A stretch of 63,702 bases of DNA, counting the filler, from Saprolegnia diclina VS20 (taxonomy: Eukaryota), in NCBI RefSeq assembly GCF_000281045.1. It is 5 parts of 2 records of this genome, joined end to end, with 100 filler letters (N's around TTAATTAATTAA, not from the genome) between each part and the next. Parts side by side here need not be neighbours in the genome. Positions count along the whole stretch, not along the records: positions 22,016 to 48,780 come from NW_008246121.1; 4 more parts are not named here. One strand, written 5' to 3'. Numbering within the stretch: position 1 is the first letter of the stretch; every line of letters begins with the position of its first letter. The notes beneath the pieces were generated by a model. That model was given only the letters and a program-made list of their open reading frames with translations. It was not told where the DNA came from and made no database searches. This document shows, one piece after another, positions 22,538 to 34,648 of the stretch. The translations under genes and the position numbers were made by a program.

Positions 22538-24461
22538 CCCAGTTCCAAGGAGCGAGAAAAATGCGATGTGATGGAGAGCAAAGCACGTTCAGCACACGGC
22601 ACTGAAATAGATGGTCTATTTCGCCTTGGGGGCCATGATGGAAAACGCCCACTGAGGCGGGCAAAAGCGTCCACCAATGATGCTGCATCGACACATCAAG
22701 TATGGAGCTGTTGTGTCGTCTCCCTGCACTGTAGATCGTATCCCAACGTCTTTTTGTCCCTATGCTATCACGCACAACACTTGACAACACGCAGCTCTGT
22801 GGTGTGGCCCATTCACCATAGCACCGTGACCGAGACGGGCTTGCGAATGAATGTCTGTGGCGCACAAAACACACAGGTAAATAAATGACTAACCATTGAC
22901 TCTGGAGCAGTGTGACGAGGCTTTGTAGTGATATAGAAATTGGATGATCGATTTGTTGCCTCAAACTATCTCATTCTCGTGCAACATGTCAAGAAACGCT
23001 AGCCTCAAGTCTCCATACGTGTGGCTGGAATGTTGCCTGTTAGGTAGAGCATAAGTATGCTCGTTAAGTAGCAAACGTATCGACGAGATTAAGCGTCCAA
23101 CCCCTTTATGGTACGGTTCATCATTCGCGCCTCGAGCCCTGCAAATGCCAAGAGCAGCACATAGGCTAGTGAAATTACACTAGAAAGTTGGTTCGGAACG
23201 ATAGTTTAGGATGCCGTTTCTGTGTGTTGCTTTGCGCACTGTGGCCTTGGCTTTTTTATACTTACTGTTAGGTCGAGTCGAACCTATCTAGTGCAAGTAT
23301 CCATGGAGCCAACTGCCCTGAGAACAATGGGTTGCCCGGTTTCAAGCAGGCTCTCGACGCGGGCGCATCACGAGGCAAGTTCCAGCAACCGAAAGATGAG
23401 GCTTGTAGTTGTTGAAGTATGTCGATATAATTTACACTGAACCGGTTGAGGCTTGTAACCTGTAGTACGAAGTCGACCAGGCGCGACGGATGCAGGTTTT
23501 GGCCTGATGCATCCTATAGCTTTGCCTTTCAACACGTGGCGGGAGTAAACACAAAACTACGCGCGGCGGTGTTCGGGTCGCATCGTACAGACGACCCGTG
23601 CAATCCTACTCGTAATTTTCCATTCTTGGCCGGCTTGCAGTGTCGTGGTCGTTGTACGATCACCCATGTCGTCCTTCCAACGGCAATGTGAGTCTTATGG
23701 GCAAGATGTTGGGACGCACCTGCGCGTGCCTCCTCAGATCTGAGTCCACCTCTTGGTTGCTTTATTGAGCCGCCACGTGGGTTGCGATTCTGATCTTGCA
23801 CCAGATGGTGTCTGAGTTGTCGTTGTTGTCGTTGGGTCGTCAGCGATCGTGCGGCCGGCACAGAGTACTTGTTGTGGTGCTCCGTTCCGCACAGCGAGTG
23901 TGATGGGCCGCAAAAATGATCAAATGGTGATTTGTGGCGGCGGCTCTTCCAACTGCTCGTACATAAAGACCATAGTTCCTCCTATGCGTCTCTTTCGTAA
24001 AGAAGATCAGGGCGACAAGCAAGTTCTGGTCCGAGAGACGGGCAGACACACACCGCACCCGTTGGAATGCTAGCTTTTCACAGTGGGTGGCACATCCTGA
24101 GCATCCACTGTCTCGCATCTTGCCAGATTCCTCGACACAGAAATTGTGTGCCTTGACACTGCTGCGGCATTATCTTTGCTTTAACAGTCACGTCTTGAGA
24201 GAGATTTGCCGACACAGGCAACAAGTGCTCACTCGTATCGCCGTTTGTCAATGGGTTTCGTCTTTTCTAATGAATGCAAAGTGCAATGTGGAACGCATGG
24301 GTGCGAATGGTCGCGCACCCACAACCAACTTGCGTCGCACGCTGGGAAAGATACTTTGACGTGGTATGCACCCAGATCGCCGTGGTCCTTACGCCGACAA
24401 GAAACAGTAGTAGATCCTGCGGAGCAGTTGACACGACACGAGCGGAGAGACTTCTCACCAA

Positions 24462-24478
24462 CCTCACTTTTCCATTCG
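24462..24478 (+). promoter_or_regulatory. Oomycete INR+FPR core promoter
   Basis: CCTCACTTTTCCATTCG about 30-45 nt upstream of the ATG at 24507. Confidence 0.55.
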
Positions 24479-24506
24479 CCTCGCCGAGTTCACTACCACC
24501 ACTACC

Positions 24507-25376
24507 ATGAAGGCCGCTATCATCCTCGCCGCTGCTGCCTCGTCGGCTTTTGCCGTCGAGTGCTCGCTCGACCAATTCATGCCGCTTGTCCCGATCGCGA
24601 CGGACCCGAACGGCCCGTTCGCCAAGTGCGCTGCGGACATCCAGAAGCCGGTGACCAACCTCATGAAGCCGTCGTGGATCCCGGAGGACCTTGCCACGGT
24701 CAAGCTCTTCGGCGCCTCGGACAACTGCAAGAACTTCTTCGCGACCGTCACCAAGCACATGGCCACGATTGCGCCGCCGTGCACGCTGACGCAGAAGACG
24801 GGCCCCACGACGTCGGATGTCGCGGCCAAGCTTTCCTTCGACCAGGCCATCAAGGGCTGGACTGCGTTCTACTCGCCGACGGACAAGCCGACGGACGCGC
24901 CCAAGCCGACGGACCCGACGAAGCCGACGGATGCCCCGAAGCCCACCGACCCGACGAAGCCCACGGATGCTCCCAAGCCCACGACGGCTGGCCCGGCCCC
25001 CGGCCCTAACCCGGTCCCCGCCGGTTGCACGGATGTCTCGGTCGTTGGCGATGCCACGTATTGCATTGCTGGTCCCATCTGCTCGGGCTCTGGCCTCCTT
25101 CCCGCTGGCACCAAGTGCCCCAAGAAGGGTGACCTCGCTTCGAAGGACTGCCACAAGCACCTCAAGAGCTACACTGAGGGCGGCAAGTGCATTGCCCCCG
25201 CCGACACGGTCTGCGAGAAGATCCCCTCAGGTGCCTACGGCTGTGTCGTCTCGAAGGGCACGGCCGCCCCCACGCCGGCTGCCTCGACTCCGTTGCCGAC
25301 GCCTGCTGCCTCGACGCCCGTGGCCTCGACGCTCAAGCCCACGCCGGCCCCGACCAAGCCGTCGCTCCGCTTCTAA
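24507..25376 (+). CDS. Secreted elicitin-like + mucin-like repeat + Cys-rich 'VSVxGDATYC' domain protein
   Basis: Intronless 289 aa with a signal peptide, a 4-Cys elicitin-like domain and KPTDAP/KPTDPT repeats. It then has GCTDVSVVGDATYCIAGPICSG...GAYGCV, a domain seen in oomycete mucin-like/'carbohydrate-binding' surface proteins, and a PAAST tail. Confidence 0.82.
   Translation: MKAAIILAAAASSAFAVECSLDQFMPLVPIATDPNGPFAKCAADIQKPVTNLMKPSWIPEDLATVKLFGASDNCKNFFATVTKHMATIAPPCTLTQKTGPTTSDVAAKLSFDQAIKGWTAFYSPTDKPTDAPKPTDPTKPTDAPKPTDPTKPTDAPKPTTAGPAPGPNPVPAGCTDVSVVGDATYCIAGPICSGSGLLPAGTKCPKKGDLASKDCHKHLKSYTEGGKCIAPADTVCEKIPSGAYGCVVSKGTAAPTPAASTPLPTPAASTPVASTLKPTPAPTKPSLRF
24876..24985 (+). repeat. 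Coding tandem repeat (18-nt units; KPTDAP/KPTDPT)
   Basis: AAGCC(G/C)AC(G/C)GA... units alternate about 6 times. Confidence 0.8.
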
Positions 25377-26193
25377 GCGTACTCCATCCCTGAAGGATAC
25401 CCTTTCTACTTGAAGTCGTTGTCGTGATGCCGCTTTCGCGAGTACTTGTCGAACTGTTTAGCTTAACTTTCCACCAACGGAATATATGCTGAATGATGTT
25501 CTTGCCCATTGCGCTCATTTTATTGGTCTCTTTCTGGCAACGAGCATACAACTCTAAGCTTAGTTCCGGTCCGTCTCAAGGTGATACTTGTAGCTCAAAT
25601 GCACCTGCGGATTTCATTGACAACTGCTCACTTTTGTTGCTTGTCATTTGTGGTGTAGGCTGCAAGCGATCCCAGCCTGCAACCCATTGATATTTGCTCG
25701 GTGGATGTGCTTGGTGGTGTTAGCTGTCAGGAATGTGCAAAGGATCGACTGCACCCATGATCAAGTGGCTTCCACTCGTCAGACGAGGAAACCTTAACCC
25801 TCCCAGACCTAAAGGCGGATAAGTTGGCGACTACAAAACCTGTCGTTATGCATTCGCTCCTATGATTCTATATTGCTCTTTGGGGGCGTCCTCGAGGTTT
25901 GTGTACCGTCGGAACTCAGATAACCAATCGTTCTTGGTCGTGTGACTGTTAGCACTGGCGAAAGCATTGAATCCACAGGACCTCGGAACGAAACTGGTGC
26001 AAAACCTGGAGACAGTGAGCCCTCCAAGAAACACGAACAAGCCTTCATTGGCTTCCTGTGACAATGAAAACCTCTTGGCAACACATTTCTGATCCACGAC
26101 GACGGTCGCCTGGATTTTGACCAATCAAACGGCTTGAAGACGAGTGCGATCTTAGGCGTATTTGGCAATTCTCTCCGGAACGGCAAAGTCGAA

Positions 26194-27219
26194 ATGGCCG
26201 TCGACCACGCGACGCGCGTCGTGACGCTCTCCGTCCTGACGAACGTCGCGATCGTCACGAGCATGGCGATCGTCGTCTTCTCGTCCCACTCGCTCGCGCT
26301 CATCTCGGCGCTCATGGAGAACGTAGTCGACCTCTTCGTCCAGGGCCTCCTATGGTACGCCAACTACCAAGCCTCGAATGCACCCGACATGGCCAAGTTC
26401 CCCGCCGGCACGTCGCGCTTCGAGCCCATCCTCGTTGTCTTGTCGGCGACCATCATGAGTGTGATCTCGGTCATCGTTATCTACGAGTCGAGCATGCGCC
26501 TGCACGATGGCTTTGCGAGTGGCGAGCCGGATGGGGCCGTCATGTCGACGACCGCGATCGTCATCTGCTCGTGCGCCGTCGCCATCAAGATTGGCCTCGT
26601 TATCTACGCTGGCTTTGCACTGAGGATTACGCAGTCGAGCTCGGTCAAGGCGATTCAACAAGACAACATCAACGACACGGTCTCGAACGCGTTTGCGATC
26701 ATCGTGTACGCGATTGCGGCGTCGGACCCGTCGTTGTGGTACATTGATCCCGCGGGCGCGATTCTCATCTTTCTCGCCATCCTCGTCATCTGGGTGCGCA
26801 CGGCCAAGGAGCAAGTGCTGCAACTCGTCGGTGTCTCGGCGTCGCCCGATTTTATCGACGTTGTCAAGGAGCTCTGTGACAACCACCATGCGAGCTTTGC
26901 GCTGGACATCATCCGCGCCTACCACTTTGGCAACAAGTACCTCGTCGAGCTCGAGGTCGTGGCGCCCGCTACGATGACGGTAAAGCAAGCACACGACATC
27001 TCGCTCCAATTGCAATTCAAAATTGAGCAGCTCGACGACGTCGAGCGCGCGTTCGTCCACGTCGACTACCAAACGCGCGCGTACGACGAGCACGTCGTGT
27101 CGCGACTCGCCAACGCCGTCGACCTCTTCGGCGGCGACGGCCACGAGCTCTCGACGCTGACGCCCCGCCGCTTGGCGACGCCCAAAGCCACCGAGTACGA
27201 GCTCGTTCATGCGTACTAA
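26194..27219 (+). CDS. Cation diffusion facilitator (CDF) metal transporter, MTP8/11 (Mn-CDF)-like
   Basis: Hydrophobic N-terminal domain with FPAGTSRFEP and WYIDPAGA. C-terminal dimerisation domain RAYHFGNKYLVE...HDI...LQ..IEQLDDVERAFVHVDY. Confidence 0.9.
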   Translation: MAVDHATRVVTLSVLTNVAIVTSMAIVVFSSHSLALISALMENVVDLFVQGLLWYANYQASNAPDMAKFPAGTSRFEPILVVLSATIMSVISVIVIYESSMRLHDGFASGEPDGAVMSTTAIVICSCAVAIKIGLVIYAGFALRITQSSSVKAIQQDNINDTVSNAFAIIVYAIAASDPSLWYIDPAGAILIFLAILVIWVRTAKEQVLQLVGVSASPDFIDVVKELCDNHHASFALDIIRAYHFGNKYLVELEVVAPATMTVKQAHDISLQLQFKIEQLDDVERAFVHVDYQTRAYDEHVVSRLANAVDLFGGDGHELSTLTPRRLATPKATEYELVHAY

Positions 27220-28226
27220 GCTCGTCGTTCTCCCCAAATTTTGTGGCCAAATCGCGATTTCACAACTCTTTAGGGGTATTAAATGCAGGCCCAGAGAAAG
27301 ACACTAAGCAGCGAGACGCTGTAGAGAATGAAACCAGTTGGACTGGATGGCTCTTCGTTCGACCTGCGGCCCGGTTGGAGATTTGAGTGGATTGTTGGGG
27401 GCAATGTCCAGAACGTTTGCGCCAGAAGCGTGGGGTTTCGACGGAAGATGGGTGGGAAGCACCGCAATACCCGGCCCGTACGTTCAACATGTACGTCTTT
27501 TGGCGACGGTACGACCAGTGGCGTAGCGCACAACATCGCTTGTGGGTTGACGGGTAAACCAGATCTGGATCGGGAACACCGATCATGCCGTGCGTGTGCG
27601 GATCGTCACGACGCCCATCACTCTTGCTGAGCTGCGTCGTCTTGTCCCATTGGTGGCAAGGATGCTGTGCGATCATGCTGTGGTGTGCGATGGCAAGTCG
27701 GTCGACCACCGCCGCAAGGACATTACTTGGCCTATGGTGCCATGAGCCAAGTCTCGTCTGCGAGCAAGCCGAGGGGTGTACAGACACTGATTTTGCGACA
27801 CAGAGCCATGCGAAGCTATCACAGCGCACTGCTTGGTGCTCGTAGCTGGCGCCGCATTCCGCGTTGCTGGAGTCGCCGTTGCATGTCAATGGCCACGCGC
27901 CCAGGCATCATTACTAGCGCCCGCTAGTGCCCAGACGCGTGCAGCGCTGGAGCGTAGCGCCCATATCTGCATCGCCGCATGGCTTGGCCCATCAATCGAG
28001 GCTGTGGCAGGGGCAGACTCCACGAGGGCAACCAAGCTCCCAGCCTTCTTGCGTCGCCAGCTCGCGGCTTCGTGGCATCGTGAACTGCCAAAATGCATAC
28101 TGTTTTAAACCAAGTTGCTGGCACTGGGCTTGCTTTGTCTGTTGTATGCAAACTGAAAAAAACACTTTGGCCCAACGTCCGTGAAACTCGATATCCAGAC
28201 AGCTTATTCAGCGGATCCATCGCGAG

Positions 28227-30119
28227 ATGGAGGAATCCATCGACCGCACCGACGACATGTTCGACCACGTACTCGCGGGGTCGCTCTGCTTCCTCGGCAT
28301 GGCCATCTGCATGTACATGAAGTTCATCCGGCGGCAGCGGCCCGGCTTCGAGCTCGTACGCCCAGCCAAGGAGATGCATAGCCCGCCAGCCCATGAGTAC
28401 AGCGCCTCGATCGCAATGGACGTCAAGCAGCCGCCTGTCGTCGTCCCTAAGAAGGCGACGGGTCCCGCGCATTACGTTTACCAGCACCCGATGCGCCGAC
28501 GAACCCATAGCTCGATGAGCGGCCATCCCGAGCCGCCAAAGCCCCAGGACACGCCCACGGTACTCGCGATCGAAACGAGCATCCCGGAAGAAAAGTTTTA
28601 CGCTGCCAAGCCAAGCCAAGGCTATCCGTTTAGTGGCAACCTCGAAGATGGCACTGCGTATACAGATGAGCGCAATACGAACCGGCCGTTTGGACGGGCG
28701 GCCAAGCCCGAACCGCGGGTCTTGAGTCCGACGCGGCCGCGGCAACCGTACCGGACCGTCGACGAGTTTGTCAAGGGCACGCCGATCGTGGTTTCGCCCA
28801 CAAAGAGTGAGATGGATCTCTTTGCCTCGGAGACCGATAGCCTCCTGCACCTCGAGAGCCAATCGACGCGGCCATCGGCTCCGTTTGGGGCGCCGCTGCG
28901 GGAGCCGATGCCGTTCCCGCCACCGATGGCGCCACCATTGCATCGCCAAGCGTCACCGCTCGACGAGCACGGGAAGCGGCCCTTTGGAATGCCCGAGCAG
29001 CAGCAGCCGGCGCAGATGCAGATGGAAGTCGCTCGCCAAGCACACATCCCGCTCTTTTTGCACATGCCGCTGCACGTCGCGCCCAAACCGCCGCCGATTG
29101 AGAGGCCCGCGGAAGCAAGCGCACTGCACCGCACGAGTCACGTGGAGAAGCGGCCGTCGCGCGGTGCGTCGTTCAACTTTCGTATTGACTTTGGCGCGAT
29201 CGCGCTCGGCGAACTCATCGGCCAAGGCGCGTTCGGCACCGTGCACAAAGGCATCTGGCGCGATACGCTGATCGCTGTCAAGATCTTGCAGTGCCAGACG
29301 CTCACGCCCGACATTCTCGAGGAGTTTGAAACGGAAGTGCACATTATGAGCGTCCTCCGGTCCGTTCTCAGCTGCGCCTTCGTTCCACTCGATGCTCATA
29401 CCCAGTCTCGTAGTCACCCCAATATCTGCCGACTACTCGGAGCGTGTCTCGACCCACCGACGCGGTGTCTCGTTGTCGAGTACATTCCCATGGGGTCGCT
29501 GTGGTGCGTCCTGCGCCAGCCCGTCTCGATCGACTACGCCAAGCAACTTCGGTACGCTCCACAGGATGATACATCGATGAAATGAACTCACGTGGAGTAG
29601 GTTCGCAAGGGACACGGCCCTAGGCATGCACTATCTACACACCTTTGACCCACCGATTCTCCATCGGGACCTCAAGAGCCCCAATTTGCTCGTCGACGAT
29701 GACTTTGGCCTCAAGATATCCGACTTTGGTCTTGCGCGCGTCAAGGCGCACCAGCAAACGATGACGGGCAACTGTGGCACGACGCAGTGGATGGCCCCCG
29801 AGGTCTTGCGTCCCTAAACCACTCACGTGGCTCACGCGATTCGTAGGTGCTCAATGCCGCCAAATACACGGAGAAGGCCGACGTCTTTTCGTTTGGCATC
29901 GTCCTCTGGGAGACGGTGACGCACGCGTGTCCATACGACGGCCTGAGCCAGATCCAGGCCGCGCTCGGCGTGCTCAACCATAATTTGCGCCCGACGATCC
30001 CGCCCGAGTGCCCGCCGTTCCTGAAGAAGCTCATGACCGTGTGCTGGGGACCGGACCCAGACAAGCGGCCGACGTTCCATCAAGTGCTCGACATGTTGCA
30101 GAGCGTCGAGTTAGAGTAA
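28227..30119 (+). CDS. TKL (Raf-like) protein kinase with N-terminal TM segment and Pro-rich linker
   Basis: GQGAFGTVHKG, AVK, HRDLKSPN, DFG, GTTQWMAPE and KADVFSFG across 4 exons. Hydrophobic VLAGSLCFLGMAICMYM near the N-terminus. Confidence 0.92.
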
Positions 30120-30134
30120 TAGTCGTTATATAAC

Positions 30135-32303
30135 CTAGCATCCAACGCCGTCGGTGTAAATGTTCCACACGAAGATGCCGCCTTCGTCGCCGACCGTCAC
30201 GAGCTGGCGGTCGTCCGGGCTAAACGCAAGCGACCGAACGCTGCCCGAGTGCCCGATCCCGTCGACCAAGAGCGCGCCTACGCGTACCACTGCAGCACGC
30301 GATTCCTCATTACGACGACCCACCCGTGTCGAAGGACCAGAGCTTCACCACCTGGTCCGTGCCCCCCGTTGCAAACAGTGGCAGTGCGTGGGCCACAGCA
30401 ATGCACGTCGCTTCGTCCACATGCGCCTAGTAGAGCATTGGCACGAGTGCAGATGGCCCGTGAGAACCTTGGTGATGATGTTGATCGGCGTCTCGATCCG
30501 GAGGTCCCAAAACGAAATGCGCTTCTCTTGCCCCACCGTGAGCACGATGCTTTGGTTGCGCGAGAGAGCGACCGCGTTGAGGCCTACGGATTTTGTGCAG
30601 GAAACGCCATTGTGCCAACGCGTACCGCCCATGCGCTGGATGTGGGACGAGATACGCCGCTCGGAGCGCAGCTCCCAGCACAAGAACGACTTGTCGCGGC
30701 TGCAAGAGAGAAGGTGCACGTCGTCGTCAAAGAGGGCGAGGCCCGACACCGTCATCGAGTGCTCCTTGAGGTGCGAGACCATGTCGCGCTTGCGGAGGTC
30801 CCAGACGCGAACGTCACCCCCAGCGCCGCCGCTCACAATGAAGCGCTAACCTTTTGTGAGGTGGAGATAGACCACGCTACTCGGCACCTGGTTGTTGCTG
30901 AGAGCAAGCGCCGTGACACCGCCCGTGTGCGCATTGTCGATGCTCCAGAGAAAATCCCCGTTGTCGGAGCCGTGGCACCGAATGCAGCCGTCCGACCATC
31001 CCGTGAGCAAGATGTCTAGGCCAACACCTCAATCGCAAGTACAACCGAGGTCGCGTACCGAGCGAGTAGGCGAGACAATGCGGCATGCCGGCGTCGTGCA
31101 CCGAAGCGGCAACGACCACCGAGTAGTCGGAGGCGTCCCAAATGCGGACAGTGCAGTCGGACGCAAGCGTTGCGAATCGGTCCGACTCTGTCGCAAAGGC
31201 GACGGCGAGCACACCGCGGAAGTGGTTTTCGCACAAGAGCGCCGAGGTGAGCTGGCCGCTTGCCGCTGTAAATTTGACATGGTACATGTTCCCGTGCTGC
31301 GTTCCCGCGAGAAGCTCGAGCGTTGGCCGCCCAACCGTGCTCCTAAGCAGCTCCGTGAATGACTGAGTACCCACGGCTTATGTACGCGGCGAGACTGAGG
31401 CCCGAGACTGGCCCGACAAGCGCGACCTTGGCCGAGTCCACATAATCGTGGTTGAAGTAAAGAACGTCGCCGTTCCCGCCTCCGACGAGGACACCCGCGT
31501 CCAGCGCCACGATCGACGAGACCCCGCATGTGCACGCGGAGATGCTGTGGAGAAACCGGCGCGTCTTGACGTTGACGACGGCAAAGTCGCCGCTGGTCGT
31601 GCCAGCTACCAGCGTCTCGCGATCCGGTGTGAACTGTACGCACGTGTAGTCGCGGACAACGGGCGCGCCAAACTCGACCTTGGCTGGCGCGAGCTCCCCA
31701 GACGCTGGGTTCAGCACCCAGAACGTAAGCATGCGCGCACCGCCGGTCGCAAAGAGGTACGACGTCGTGTCGCGCCGCTTGACGTCGCGATGGAAGCCGC
31801 CCCAGGTCACGGCGAGAACGTTCATTTGGAGCTTCTGCTGCGTGGTGACAATGTTGCCAGTCTCGAGGTCCCATATAAAGATGCGCCCGTCGCGCTCGGC
31901 CCCCACGGTGCAGAGGAGTCTCTCGTCGTGCGAGAAGGCGACACCTACAGCTGCAGATTGAGCCCCGTATGACCTGACAAACAGTTGGACCATTGATGCC
32001 AAAGTCATGCTCGGAGAAGCGGTGGAGAAGGCGCCGCGCAGCATAGTCCCACACGAGAACGTCCGAGTTGGATCCGTACTGTCCTGATGCGAGGAGGCCG
32101 CCGGTCGGCGACATGGCGAGGGCCGAGATGTTGCCGTCGTGGCCGCGCAGAAAGACCTGGTTGTGCGGGTCCGAGAGCGACGCAATGACGATGCAGCCGC
32201 CCGCGGGGTAGACATACTCGGCACCGTTCGGGTGGAAGTGCAGACCCGCGGGAATCCCAGAGAACCCGATCGCGTGCTCGAGCTCCATGACCACCGACGC
32301 CAT
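30135..32303 (-). CDS. CFAP52: WD40-repeat cilia/flagella-associated protein 52 (WDR16/FAP52)-like
   Basis: N-terminus MELEHAIGFSG...LHFHPNGAEYVYPAG...QVFLRGHDGNISALAMSPTG.LLASGQ; multiple WD repeats; C-terminal GIGHSGSVRSLAFSPDDRQLVTVG..G.IFVW. Multi-exon. Confidence 0.8.
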
Positions 32304-32543
32304 TCTCGACGCCCCTTCGCTCGATTTTGGATCTTTTCGCCGCCTTTTTTTAAACGAGCGAGTCCCGTTGCCACGCAATCGCATCCTCCTCGCAAAGACC
32401 TCTTACACGCACTTGGCCACATACACTGGGAGGACAGGAGCTATGCACACGTCCTGGAGCAATGTCGACGTTGCCTTCTTGGCTCGTCGCATTTTCGAAG
32501 ACCGGAACGTTCGAAAAACAAGATCGCGACTTCACACTTGAAA

Positions 32544-34427
32544 ATGACGCACGAGTTGCAGCCGCTCGTGGCCACGGCCCGTCGCAGCCGACCGCAGCAC
32601 CGCTGGGTCGTCCTGCTCGGCATCGCGGCCACGTGCTTGCTTGCATATTTTCAACCGTCCGACGAGCAGTTGCCATTGCTTCGGCCCCCAGCGCTCGCGA
32701 CAGTGCGCGTCGATTTGGCGCCGAACGCGTCGAGCCCCCGCGGGTACAATGCTGTTGCAACCTTTGGCGTGCGCTACGACGCCCAAGACGCGTACGCGTA
32801 CGCGACGTTCAACGACAGCGTCCAAGCCATTGGGTGGTCGCAGCTCTGGGTCCGCGCCGCGTCGCCGGCCCACGACGACCGCGACTTGTCTGCTGTCATG
32901 TACGCAGCAGGGTACGCCGAGGGGGCGCTGACCCATGCGCGCATCCAAGAGCACTACCTCAACACGTACGAGTCGTTCTACGGCAACGACACGATCGCGC
33001 CGGCCAAGGTTGCCCATTGGTTGCAAAAGCACGTCGCGTACCTCCAGGCGCAAATGCAAGGTCCGCACAAGGACCTCAACACGCTGCGCTACTGGCGTAT
33101 GCTCGGTGGTATCTTTGCGCAGATTGAGGGCTTGGCCGACGGCTACAACGACCACGGAGCTGGCACCCCGCTCTCCGTCGCCGATTTGTTCTTTCTCAAC
33201 TCGGACGGGGACCTCGAAGACTTGATTCCGGCGATCAATGCGACCGACGCCGCCGTCCACAAAGAAGGCGATGACGAAGGCGCGTCATTGTACGAGGAGC
33301 TTACCAACCTCAAGTGCTCGGCGCTGATTCGGCTGCTCCCAAACGCGACAGACCTTTTGTGGGGCCACACGACGTGGGACATCTTCTCGGCGATGAACAA
33401 GATGTTCAAGCATTACGACGTGCCGCTGCCCGAAGGTGGCGCGCGCAGACGCATCTCCATGTCATCGAGCCCGGGGTACATTTCGTCGGTCGACGACTGG
33501 TACCTCTTGGACAGCGGCCTCGCCGTGCTCGAGACGACGAACGGCGTCTACAACAAGACTTTATACGAGCACCTCTCGACGCGCAGCGTGCTCTCGTGGA
33601 TGCGGTAGTCACGATGACACTCCCGTGTCGTCAACGTGCCATTCCGTAGGTCCAAGGTCGCCAACGCCCTCGCCACCGACGGCCCGACGTGGGCCGACAC
33701 CTTTGGGCGCCACAACAGCGGCACGTACAACAACCAGTGGATGATACTCGATCTCCACCGGTTATCGCCCGGCGTCGGACTGGCCGACGGCGGCCTCACG
33801 ATCCTCGAGCAGATGCCTGGCGCCGTCGAATCGAGTGACATGACGCATGTGCTGCGCGACCAAGGCTACTGGGCGTCGTACAACGTCCCGTACTTTCCCG
33901 CCATTTACAATGCGACGGGCTTTCGCGCCAAATTCGATGCGCAACGGTTGGCTCGCGACGGTTGGCACAACCAATGACGTGGCAGCCTGTAGGAGCTCCG
34001 ACTGGACGTACAACCACACGGCACGTGCCGAGATTTTTCGCCGAGACGCCCCTCGCGTGGGAACGCTCGAAGATCTCAAGCACCTTATGCGGTAGTAGCA
34101 TTTGCTTGCGACCTACTGTTGAACGATCGTAGGTACAACGACTACGAGAACGACCCGCTCTCCCAGGGCAACCCGGCGTGGGCCATTGCCGCGCGCTATG
34201 ACCTTGCGCACGGCAGCGCGTTCAAGCTCCACGGAGGCATCGACTCCAAGGTGTCGTCCTTCCAGCGCGGTCTAAACTTGGAGTGCGACGCGATCCTGGG
34301 ACCGACCTCGGAGCAGCAGCCGGCGTTTCAGTGGGCGCCAGAGCTGGAGGCGCCGCATCGGGGGCAGCCAACTGCGTTCAAGTTTCCATTTGTGACCATG
34401 CGCCACCGCGAGTACCTCCACGACTAA
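32544..34427 (+). CDS. Phospholipase B-like (Ntn-hydrolase, PLBD family)
   Basis: N-terminal anchor, GWSQLWV, AAGYAEG, nucleophile KCSALIR, SSVDDWY, NSGTYNNQWM, YWASYNVP and GGIDSKV; 4 exons. Confidence 0.92.
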
Positions 34428-34648
34428 GTCTAACCTGAATGTTCCGATTCCGTGTTCCCCAGCTTCCTCCACAGGAACCTTCCTCAACGCAGGATCGCAA
34501 GTCCTGGGATTTACCCACGTCCTCGTGGGGCAAATAGCTCAGAAACGCCACACGTATGTGGGTTTGTCCCAATGTATCACACGGCACGGCAATGGGAAAA
34601 ACTCTCGTATCCGGATTGTTGCGATCTTCGCTCCAGTCAATTCGAAAG

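Noticed and set aside
23200..24300. Possible transposase remnant between the elicitin-like genes (C..C...H pattern at 23849-24073)
   Set aside because: Short, stop-ridden and no DDE or RT motif or terminal repeats seen; not supportable without a search.
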